From UHGV virus genome UHGV-0277313: DNA of 64,000 bases; one strand, written 5' to 3'. The DNA is from a virus. Both the position numbers and the translations under genes were made by a program. Each line of letters begins with the position of its first letter. Position 1 is the first letter of the stretch. Below, piece by piece: positions 7,944 to 15,834 of the stretch. A model generated the notes under the pieces. It did not search any database and was not told the DNA's origin. It saw only the letters and a program-made list of their open reading frames with translations.

Positions 7944-8720
7944 TTAAAAAATAATATAAGCGTAATTAGATAAACCTGTTGCTTCAAACATGTATGCAGT
8001 TTCCTGTGTATCTTCCAATTTACAAACAGGTGTGTACTTAAAAGTTGTTCCTTCTCTATCACGTGTATATACAGAAATACCTTGATTCAGATACATGATG
8101 ACTTCCTGACGAGATTTAAGAAATTTCTTTTTATATTTAGGTACAGACATTACAGAAGCAATTTCTTCATTTGTAAAACCATACACTTTCATCAAATCAC
8201 CTAATGTGACAGGGCAATCTTCTTTAGGATTATTTTGTTCAAATTTAGCAATCACATTTTTTAAAGACTTCAACAATTCATTTTTTTCAGATGACAACTG
8301 AACTCTTTTTTCATCAATGATTACTTCTTTTTCTTTCTTTTTAGGCAAACTATTAAATGTTGGTTTAACTTCTTTAGCCTTTTCTGTCTTTTTGGGTTTC
8401 GACTTTTTAGTCTCAACCTTCTTAACAGCGACCTCTTTTTTCTTTTCAGGTTCATGTTTTTTAGCTTCAGCTTTTTCTTTAATAGCTTTAGCTGGGCCAT
8501 ACCCTTCAGCATATCCCCATTTAGTTAATGCAACTTTAGCAGCACGATAACGATTTGCTTCAGTTACAACAATTGAATTACCACAATCATTACACAAAAT
8601 AGTTTGAGTAATTGATTTATCTTTATTCTTTACATATTTAGCAGTGATGTTATGTTTTCCACATTTAGGACAATTACCCGCCTGAACATTCAACGCTTCA
8701 CTATCTTTTCTTTTAGCCAT
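7944..8720 (-). CDS. zinc-ribbon protein with lysine-rich (histone-H1-like) linker and a C-terminal globular domain (258 aa)
   Basis: N-terminal CPKCGK...(20 aa)...CNDCGN, a C4 ribbon. Middle KEKAEAKKHEPEKKKEVAVKKVETKKSKPKKTEKAKEVKP low-complexity K/E tract. About 110-aa C-terminal domain of unknown fold. Lies between two TnpB-like genes. Confidence 0.5.
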   Translation of the reverse strand: MAKRKDSEALNVQAGNCPKCGKHNITAKYVKNKDKSITQTILCNDCGNSIVVTEANRYRAAKVALTKWGYAEGYGPAKAIKEKAEAKKHEPEKKKEVAVKKVETKKSKPKKTEKAKEVKPTFNSLPKKKEKEVIIDEKRVQLSSEKNELLKSLKNVIAKFEQNNPKEDCPVTLGDLMKVYGFTNEEIASVMSVPKYKKKFLKSRQEVIMYLNQGISVYTRDREGTTFKYTPVCKLEDTQETAYMFEATGLSNYAYIIF

Positions 8721-8993
8721 TTAAAAACACCTTTAAAAGTTAAATATCAAATATGCTTTATCATTACATAAATTTTGCTAAATAGCAACAGAAAAGTTCT
8801 TTATTTATTTGTTGTTGACAAAGGAATATGAAAACAAATGAATGAACTTGATTTGCTGATTGAAGAATTTCAAAAAGAAATTAGAAATAAACTTGAAGAA
8901 AACAATCAAAAAACAAACTTTGCTAAATTGTTTGAAGATTTCATGATGACTATTGATAAAAAGGCGTCTAGCTTCAATTAAATACCTCAAATA

Positions 8994-10355
8994 TTAAAAC
9001 TTATTAACATCTTGCATAAAGAAATTAACGAATCTTAAAGTTTTAGACTGAAAGACTCTTTCATCAAGAGGAAACCTATATTTAAATTTAGATTTCTTTA
9101 ACTCGGAATGAATCTGTTGCCAATTCACAAAACCAACAAAGCACTTTACTTCTTCCAACGAGTGTTTTACTTTGTCTAATAATGATTCTGTTAAATCTGG
9201 AAAGATCACATTCTTCGTTTTGGCTTTAATCTTCTGTATGTATTGAAGATTAAACTCATAGCATCTTCTACTGATTTCAATAGAAGATAACACCATGTCT
9301 GGTAATTCTAAATCTCTATAGACTAGATTACCAATAGTGGATGAATATTGTGGAGATATTTCTATAAACTTAATTCCATAAATATTGCATCTCTTTTTAA
9401 GATTATTGACTAATTTATTTCTACACCAATTATTATTTACAAGTCTATTGAAATTCTTTCCTTGTTTATTATCCTTGGACTTAATAGACAAATCCTCAAC
9501 ACCAAAACATTCGCAATGATAATGTTTTGCTATATCAACAAGAAACTTGGCTACTTTCAATGTTTCATATTGACGTTTATTGTTAAGATATTTTCTTTCC
9601 TTTGATGTTGAAGGTAATTTTAATTTCTTGAGTTTATACTCAATATCATTGATATTCTTTAATGATACTACACCTGAATTTATAGCCTTTAATTCATCAG
9701 ATGATTTCCAGTCTACGACTGACCAACCAACATAATTTGGGTTCATATCGATAGAAAATATTCTGTTTGATATTGGTTTAAATATCTTTTCTGACAATAT
9801 CATTTCATCAAATGAAATATATACAAATTTTTTATCTAATTTGTATGTGATTGGAGTATCTTTCAACTGTTGATGAATATATAATTTTTGTAATACTTTA
9901 ATTCTATTACCAACACCAATAAGTTTTAAGTGTATTCTGTTTTTAATTGTTGGACTAAAGTTGACTGAATAGCAATCTTCAGATAATCTGAAGAATCTAT
10001 TTCCCCTATAGTTTCTATCACCAATTGAACACAAAGATACTAATCTTTTTTCTTTAAATTCTTCATTTGATATGTTGTGTCTAAATCTTTGTTCGAATAG
10101 ACGTTTGCCACCAAATAAAACAGTTTCTTCTTTCTTCAACAAAAATGAAGCATCTTTTACACAAGATTGTCTGAACCATGATTTCATTAAATCAAGATTA
10201 TTGAATTGTAAATGTTTACAAGCAGTTTCAGATACGCCATCTTTTAATCTATTATAAAACAAATGAAGAAGATTATTATATTGCCTCTGATAATCAGCTA
10301 TCAACTGATTATCAGATTCTTTTTCTGCAATATACTTAATCTTCAATGTTATCAT
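8994..10355 (-). CDS. TnpB/OrfB-like RuvC-fold nuclease, second diverged paralog, also lacking a zinc finger (453 aa)
   Basis: IFSIDMNPNYVGWSV (RuvC-I), ECFGVEDLSIKS (RuvC-II), FIEISPQYSSTIGNLVYRDLELPDMVLSSIEISRRC (RuvC-III Asp). N-terminal MITLKIKY... is typical of TnpB. Paralogous to 6560..7873. Confidence 0.65.
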   Translation of the reverse strand: MITLKIKYIAEKESDNQLIADYQRQYNNLLHLFYNRLKDGVSETACKHLQFNNLDLMKSWFRQSCVKDASFLLKKEETVLFGGKRLFEQRFRHNISNEEFKEKRLVSLCSIGDRNYRGNRFFRLSEDCYSVNFSPTIKNRIHLKLIGVGNRIKVLQKLYIHQQLKDTPITYKLDKKFVYISFDEMILSEKIFKPISNRIFSIDMNPNYVGWSVVDWKSSDELKAINSGVVSLKNINDIEYKLKKLKLPSTSKERKYLNNKRQYETLKVAKFLVDIAKHYHCECFGVEDLSIKSKDNKQGKNFNRLVNNNWCRNKLVNNLKKRCNIYGIKFIEISPQYSSTIGNLVYRDLELPDMVLSSIEISRRCYEFNLQYIQKIKAKTKNVIFPDLTESLLDKVKHSLEEVKCFVGFVNWQQIHSELKKSKFKYRFPLDERVFQSKTLRFVNFFMQDVNKF

Positions 10356-10425
10356 TAAATAATTCCTTAACTTACCTATTATTCTACATTATCATCTTTT
10401 TAAGAAAAATACAAGAAAGATTTAT

Positions 10426-10635
10426 ATGATCTTATACAAAATTCCTTTTACCAACAAAGCTTCATATGAAACAATTTCAAAAGTGTTTGATGATAAAGAA
10501 AATAGCAACAGGTTTTTACAACCAACATGTGAACATATTGAAGATTTCTTAAAAGATGAAGGTGTTGAAGGCCTTGATGCTGATTCTCAACAAATATGTA
10601 TTGGCTGGGAATTTAAACTAGAAGATATTTTGTAA
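10426..10635 (+). CDS. hypothetical small acidic protein (69 aa), lone plus-strand ORF in the early block
   Basis: ORF ends 8 nt before a strong bidirectional terminator. Weak SD (aagaaag). No homology recognised. Confidence 0.3.
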   Translation: MILYKIPFTNKASYETISKVFDDKENSNRFLQPTCEHIEDFLKDEGVEGLDADSQQICIGWEFKLEDIL

Positions 10636-10643
10636 ACAATAAA

Positions 10644-10671
10644 GGCGGGAATTGAACCCGCCTTTTCTTTT
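10644..10671. terminator. bidirectional rho-independent terminator between convergent genes
   Basis: GGCGGG-aattgaa-CCCGCC stem-loop, followed by TTTTCTTTT on the plus strand and by a U-rich tract (ttattgttta) on the minus strand. Confidence 0.7.
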
Positions 10672-11056
10672 AATCGTTACGCCCCAAATCAGAATCAATA
10701 CCCATTGCTTCAAGGGTTCGCATTTCTTCTTTTTTACGTAAATACTCTTCAGTCAACTTTTGTTGTGCCTGTTCCCATTCTTCACGAGCTGTTGCTGAAG
10801 TTTTCCATTCTTCCGCTGAACATGTATAAAAGGCTTGTGGATGTGGTTTATCAAGTGTGTATTCAACAGGGAATACCATTTGACCGCGTTCTTCATCCCA
10901 CATAGCGGCTGGCATTAAATTACACATACAGCCTGGAACTGACAAGATTTCGTCAACAGATTGAAAATCGGCTGTTTTCAATCCCATTTCAACATACGTC
11001 CCATCTTTTTGACGAATCTTTGATTTACCTTTTTCTTCTTTTAGTTCAATAGACAT
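10670..11056 (-). CDS. hypothetical protein (128 aa)
   Basis: Long ORF in the early operon context. No motif recognised. Confidence 0.45.
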   Translation of the reverse strand: MSIELKEEKGKSKIRQKDGTYVEMGLKTADFQSVDEILSVPGCMCNLMPAAMWDEERGQMVFPVEYTLDKPHPQAFYTCSAEEWKTSATAREEWEQAQQKLTEEYLRKKEEMRTLEAMGIDSDLGRND

Positions 11057-11080
11057 TTAGATCCACTTTCATTCTAGAGT

Positions 11081-12118
11081 TTAAGACAATTGTTCAATGA
11101 TTTTATCAACAGTAATTTCTTTCATTTCTTCATCAGAAGGAACGTCTTCCAACAAGGAACAATAATCAGAAAGATATTGTTTTAAATCACAATTTAATTC
11201 CTTGATATGTTTAGGTTCAGTTTTTAAAGCTAATTCATAACACAACGGAATCATTTTTAAAGGCAATCCTAAACAATAACTATTAATAAAATTTTCTATA
11301 CGTTTAACATGTTGAAATCCGTTAAATTCAAATTTTGTATATCTAGTTACTCCACTTTTAAGTTCCAATAAAGCAAACATTTTAGGTGACTTGCTAGGTA
11401 ATATATTAAACATGTTATTCTTTAATAAATCATGTTTACTCATGAACTTCAGCAGATAATTCATATACGATATTTTACCACCACGCGGAAGATTCTTTCC
11501 TTCAGTCCATAAACGATACCATATACGAATGCAAGGCAAATCTTGTTTACCTGTTTCTGAAATAACATCAGTTTTCCAATTTACACGTTTATTTGAATAT
11601 AATAAACCATCAATTAAATTGACTTGTTTTCTTTCAGACAACGCAGGGCCGTCATAATACAATTTAACCTTCCTAATAATTTCAGGCATTTCAGTTTTAT
11701 CAACTTGCTGATCCGCGCTTCTTTTTGCCGTATAACGAACACGAACAGGTTTGCGAATATCAATTAAAGGCAAACCTTCTCTTTCCAAAACTTTATTCGC
11801 TTCTGGAATTAAATCATAGGCTGTATAGCTTTTACCTTTATATAAATAATGTCTATATCCGTTTGGTGTTATCTTGTTATATAATAGATTTAAAACAAAT
11901 CTAAAAGTATCGCTCGTTTCCCAATCAAGAATTTCATCTTTTACACAAAAGAAATCCATATAAAAATTATACAATTGAGAATTATTACCACGCTGATATT
12001 CAATCTGCATAGGCTTTAAATCATACTTTACAGCTAAATCTGAAATAGGGATACCAAAGGCTAATTCCTTTAATAACTGATCCCTTAAATCATCAGTTAA
12101 TAGAGATGCTTTAGGCAT
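11081..12118 (-). CDS. hypothetical protein with N-terminal HTH-like segment (345 aa)
   Basis: N-terminal LRDQLLKELAFGIPISDLAVKYDLKPMQIEY looks like a helix-turn-helix. The remainder is unassigned. Confidence 0.45.
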   Translation of the reverse strand: MPKASLLTDDLRDQLLKELAFGIPISDLAVKYDLKPMQIEYQRGNNSQLYNFYMDFFCVKDEILDWETSDTFRFVLNLLYNKITPNGYRHYLYKGKSYTAYDLIPEANKVLEREGLPLIDIRKPVRVRYTAKRSADQQVDKTEMPEIIRKVKLYYDGPALSERKQVNLIDGLLYSNKRVNWKTDVISETGKQDLPCIRIWYRLWTEGKNLPRGGKISYMNYLLKFMSKHDLLKNNMFNILPSKSPKMFALLELKSGVTRYTKFEFNGFQHVKRIENFINSYCLGLPLKMIPLCYELALKTEPKHIKELNCDLKQYLSDYCSLLEDVPSDEEMKEITVDKIIEQLS

Positions 12119-12199
12119 GAAATAGAACTCATCATTAGATCAATTAGGATTTACAATTACCTAAAGAACAATTACGAATTCATCTTAAAGAAATTAATT

Positions 12200-13525
12200 C
12201 TACAATTTTGCCTTAAAGACGGCATCTTTTATTTTATTATAAATAGATTGAAATTGTTCAACAATCCCCATAGTATGATTTAATTGTTTGTTGCTTGTTC
12301 GACCAAACATAATATATTGAACGGCATCTTTAAAGGCACCTGAACGATAATGAATATTCTTGCACCACATCTTAAAATTCTGTGTAACAACATGAATTAC
12401 AGTTGAATATTTATAATTCGTACTCAAAGCAATTTTAGTAATGTTTTCATATAGATATCTTAAATCTGCAACAATAACATCATCTAAAACATCACCATCA
12501 AAACGAAAACCTAATAATTGGCAATTTTCTAGAAATTCATTGAATGTACGCATACAAGTAAAGTTATGTATATTTGGATGTGCATCAACGAAATTTTGAA
12601 TTGTCGGATCTAATCCTTCTGTAACAAATTCAACAGGAATCGTTCTTTTCTGGCCACCAATTAATAAATTTTTCTTCAGTCTTTTGTGCTCTTTTAAAGT
12701 ACGTTGCATTGCAACCTTTTCCAAACGTTTACTATGTTTTGTAAACAATTTGGCAATATTCACATCAGGAATCAATAATGAAGGAACATAATTCGCTTCA
12801 TCAAATGTTTCAGGCTCACCTTCACATGTTTTAATACCCAACCCTTTACGAGTACCATCACCATGTGTTTTACAAAAATAGTGATATGCCACTAAAACAT
12901 TGATAATATTACCCCATTCTAATGAACCAAAACCAAATTCCTTATCGTCAAACCAACCATTTTGTGTTTGAATTGCCATGATGTCATAATCAATTGCATC
13001 TAATCTGGCAAGAATAATAGCTAAAGCGCAATCATGTGTATGAAAATCTTGCACCTTAACTAGTTTTTTATGTACAAATTCTTTTAATTCCAAAAAGACA
13101 TGATTCACTAAATTTGGGTTTTTAGCTAATATATCAATTGCATCTTCAGGTTTATATCTATTCAATGCTTCAATATCATATTGAACAACATTACCTTTAA
13201 TTACCTTACTTTTTTGTACTTTATATGTGCCAAATTGATCCGCCAGTTTTTTAAATACACTTCTCTTATTTTTAATTTTTCCACCACGATCAATACACCA
13301 ATCCATATTGGCAATCTTCATCTTTTCTGGTGCATAATATTGTAAAAATGTCGGGGTGAACCAACCGTAATGACTAGACATCGGCAACCCTGATTTAACA
13401 TACTTCTTCGTGAACTGACGGCCACCTAATTTGTTCATAGTTGTTACTGCAATTTTAGACAAGTCTTTTTTCTTATAAAAGACTATTTCTTCACGTAACT
13501 TTTTTAGAACATTAATAGGTAACAA
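12200..13525 (-). CDS. hypothetical protein (441 aa); first gene of the leftward early operon
   Basis: Long ORF. The caller start is TTG at 13525 and the first in-frame ATG is at residue 30, so the start is uncertain. Contains an FHTHDCA histidine cluster. No confident family assignment. Confidence 0.45.
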   Translation of the reverse strand: MLPINVLKKLREEIVFYKKKDLSKIAVTTMNKLGGRQFTKKYVKSGLPMSSHYGWFTPTFLQYYAPEKMKIANMDWCIDRGGKIKNKRSVFKKLADQFGTYKVQKSKVIKGNVVQYDIEALNRYKPEDAIDILAKNPNLVNHVFLELKEFVHKKLVKVQDFHTHDCALAIILARLDAIDYDIMAIQTQNGWFDDKEFGFGSLEWGNIINVLVAYHYFCKTHGDGTRKGLGIKTCEGEPETFDEANYVPSLLIPDVNIAKLFTKHSKRLEKVAMQRTLKEHKRLKKNLLIGGQKRTIPVEFVTEGLDPTIQNFVDAHPNIHNFTCMRTFNEFLENCQLLGFRFDGDVLDDVIVADLRYLYENITKIALSTNYKYSTVIHVVTQNFKMWCKNIHYRSGAFKDAVQYIMFGRTSNKQLNHTMGIVEQFQSIYNKIKDAVFKAKL

Positions 13526-13566
13526 TGTAGACCAACCTGTTTATCTAGATTTTTATCATAGAACAC

Positions 13567-13595
13567 ACTATAGTCTTGTTAAAAAACTTTGTCAA
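13567..13595 (-). promoter_or_regulatory. candidate sigma70-type early promoter driving the minus-strand operon
   Basis: On the minus strand: TTGACA (plus 13590-13595), 17 nt, TATAGT (plus 13567-13572). About 40 nt upstream of the 441-aa gene start. Confidence 0.35.
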
Positions 13596-13596
13596 C

Positions 13597-13854
13597 GATC
13601 TTTTTAAAAAAAATCAAATCCTCTACTATATATACTCTTTTATTATATATATATATAAAGATCTGATCATCAAAGTGAATTTCATATCAGAGAAGTGAAC
13701 ATAGATAATATATTTAGATCAGATCAGATCTTTAAGATCATAGAAGAAAAAATAAAAAATCATATGATCACAAAATCAGATCTTATTAAAAAATAAAATG
13801 ATAGAAATATCATTAACTTGAAAAGATCTAAAGATGAATAAAGATTTTAAGATC
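13597..13854. promoter_or_regulatory. GATC / AGATCT iteron-like cluster; candidate replication origin or Dam-controlled early/late switch
   Basis: 11 GATC tetranucleotides in 258 bp, at 13597, 13660, 13665, 13717, 13722, 13727, 13736, 13766, 13779, 13825 and 13851. Five are full AGATCT palindromes and three are AGATCA. Tandem AGATCAGATCAGATCT at 13716-13731. My composition-based expectation is under 1 GATC in this span. Confidence 0.5.
13644..13657. repeat. (TA)7 dinucleotide tract (potential DNA-unwinding element)
   Basis: tatatatatatata sits directly next to the GATC cluster. Confidence 0.6.
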
Positions 13855-13892
13855 TCTATATTTTTAAATACTTAAGATATTAACATTTCATA

Positions 13893-14008
13893 GGGACTTC
13901 GTTCGCTTCGCTTCGCAGGGCTACGCTCACTTCGTCCCTGATTTGTTTCTTTCTTGTATTGTCCTGGGACCCGCCCCTGTTCACTACGTTCACAGAGCCG
14001 ACCCAACC
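13893..14008. other. GC-rich island of about 115 bp in an AT-rich intergenic region; candidate structured element or ncRNA
   Basis: GGGAC TTCG (TTCGC)x3 AGGGCTACGCTCACTTC GTCCC forms an inverted pair GGGAC...GTCCC. Then GTCCtgGGAC, CCGCCCC, and the direct repeat GTTCAC-tac-GTTCAC. No tRNA cloverleaf found on either strand. Confidence 0.3.
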
Positions 14009-14027
14009 TATTACTTAAATATTTTAA

Positions 14028-14050
14028 TAAATAAAATAAATAAATAAATA
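14028..14050. repeat. (TAAA)n microsatellite
   Basis: aataaataaaataaataaataaata. Confidence 0.5.
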
Positions 14051-14340
14051 TATTCCAAAACTGATTCTCTTCGAAGAAAAGTCAATTGGTGATCATAAAG
14101 CTTAAAAGGTTTTACAGATAAAAAGGAAAATGTTAAAAAGAAAATAGGAATCCCAAAGCTAAAGGATAGAAATATTACACCCATATCCCCGCCAAAAAAT
14201 TTCCGAACGAATGAAATGAAGTTCGGAATAAACAAATATCCTAGCATTCGAATTTTTTGATATTTTAAAAATCAATATCAAATCTAAATTTAATGTTCTT
14301 AAAAGAAAATGTACTGTTTCAATGAATAGGAAATAGGTAA

Positions 14341-15834
14341 ATGAAGATTACATATGGTGATCCAAACGAATTAGAAATTGAAGAAGGCAGTTTTACGAAT
14401 ATCGAAGCTATTGATATTCCTGAAGGTAAATGTTTGTTTAGATTATTCGTAAACAAACCTAAAGATGCCAAAATTGTACTTAATGATATTGAGCAGGATT
14501 CTGTTTTAGTTGATGAAATGGATGTTGTACACTGGAATGTTACTTGTGATGGATACAAATCTTCTGTCGGTGAATTCCAGGTTATCAATTCTATTGGGTT
14601 TACTATTTCCTTATTACCTGAAAGAAAAAAGAAAAAGAGAATTAAAAATCCGTATATTAAATGGTCGGTGAATAATAAATACGGGTATCAAGTTGATATT
14701 ATTGATTTATCTGATCAGGAAGATTGTGATTTACCACTACCTTCACCTGAAGGATATGATAATACATATTTGTATGCATTTGGTGGAAATGTATATTGGA
14801 AAGAAATCAAACTTGAGAATCTATTAACGCCAAAAGTATCAGATTCAGGAAAGTATTTAACTTTTGATTCTACTAAAGGATTTTCATTTAATTCACCAAT
14901 TCCTGTATTGCCTGAAGATGAAACAGGTGTCTTTATATTAAAGAATGAAAACGGAAATTTATATTGGGCTAAAGATAATGCTCTTCCTGATTTCCCTGTC
15001 GAACAATTAGGCAATAAACAATATTATATGTTGACATATAAAGATGGTAAAATGAAATGGACTTTAAACCCGTTCACTTTACCAAAACTTCCTGATGAAA
15101 CATATTTTAATGGTGACAAGTTTGTTTTGTCATATAGAAACGATGAAACATTCTGGTCTGATGGTACTGTGTATTGGAAAGATATTAAAGGTACTATAGC
15201 TGATCAACCTGAAATTAGTGAAGATTTAAATAAAGCACTTCAAGATGCTAAAGATATGTCTGAAAAGGCAAATAATAATGCTACAGACGCTTTAGCAAAA
15301 GCTGATAAAGCACTGGCATGGGAAGATTCATTTGGTGTTGAAGCTCCTGGATTTGTCTTTATTGATGGTAAAATAAAAAATGAAGATGGATTCTATTATC
15401 CTGATGGAAGAGATATTGCTCAACTTCATACAGATTTTGATATTTTTAAAAACAGGTATTCAACATTTGAAAAATATGTTATTGCACAAGTTCAAATGAG
15501 ATTAACTTCCCCTGACTATTCACAATTAAGCAATGTCGAATATGTTATGGGTAACTTCTTTTATAATTCTAAAAAAAGATATTTACATATTGAATCGTTT
15601 GAAGTTGGTTCAACTATAGAAGTGTTTAAACCTTTATATAATGAAGATTCAGGATCGGTACAAGGACCTGATTTATCAAGTGGACCAATTATGACGATTT
15701 ATAAAAATGTGTCAGGTGTTGGTGATATTCGTATGCTTGAATTAACTACAGGGTTCTTTTATAAAGTATCAAATAAAAAATCGTTTGAATTAAAATATGT
15801 CGGAGAATTACCCTATGGCGAATACCCAGGTTGA
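14341..15834 (+). CDS. virion structural protein with internal Trp-containing repeats (497 aa); first gene of the rightward late block
   Basis: Repeated motifs NVYWKEIK / NLYWAKDN / KMKWTLNP / TFWSDGTVYWKDIK, spaced about 40 aa apart, suggesting a repeat or beta-rich fold (neck, whisker or fibre-like). Located upstream of the portal. Confidence 0.5.
   Translation: MKITYGDPNELEIEEGSFTNIEAIDIPEGKCLFRLFVNKPKDAKIVLNDIEQDSVLVDEMDVVHWNVTCDGYKSSVGEFQVINSIGFTISLLPERKKKKRIKNPYIKWSVNNKYGYQVDIIDLSDQEDCDLPLPSPEGYDNTYLYAFGGNVYWKEIKLENLLTPKVSDSGKYLTFDSTKGFSFNSPIPVLPEDETGVFILKNENGNLYWAKDNALPDFPVEQLGNKQYYMLTYKDGKMKWTLNPFTLPKLPDETYFNGDKFVLSYRNDETFWSDGTVYWKDIKGTIADQPEISEDLNKALQDAKDMSEKANNNATDALAKADKALAWEDSFGVEAPGFVFIDGKIKNEDGFYYPDGRDIAQLHTDFDIFKNRYSTFEKYVIAQVQMRLTSPDYSQLSNVEYVMGNFFYNSKKRYLHIESFEVGSTIEVFKPLYNEDSGSVQGPDLSSGPIMTIYKNVSGVGDIRMLELTTGFFYKVSNKKSFELKYVGELPYGEYPG

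Noticed and set aside
8317-8550. Antisense or alternative-frame ORFs 8317-8550(+) and 8321-8512(-) inside the zinc-ribbon/lysine-rich gene
   Set aside because: They arise from the repetitive lysine-codon tract and are not independent genes.
8805-8990. 61-aa minus-strand ORF, and a 48-aa plus-strand ORF (about 8839-8985), in the spacer downstream of TnpB-like paralog 2
   Set aside because: Both have low-complexity composition in a region more plausibly non-coding (a candidate guide-RNA locus).
6480-10425. Looked for a CRISPR array or other regular direct repeats next to the TnpB/Cas12-like genes
   Set aside because: No regularly spaced repeats of 20 to 40 bp were visible in the flanking non-coding stretches 6480-6559, 7874-7943, 8721-8993 or 10356-10425.
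13880-14010. GC-rich island tested as a tRNA gene, since T4-like phages often carry tRNAs
   Set aside because: No GTTCRANYC T-loop, D-loop or 7-bp acceptor pairing could be built on either strand.
14011-14247. 78-aa minus-strand ORF in the early/late spacer
   Set aside because: Extremely F/I/L-rich. It overlaps the (TAAA)n microsatellite and AT-rich promoter region. It has no SD and is most likely a chance ORF.
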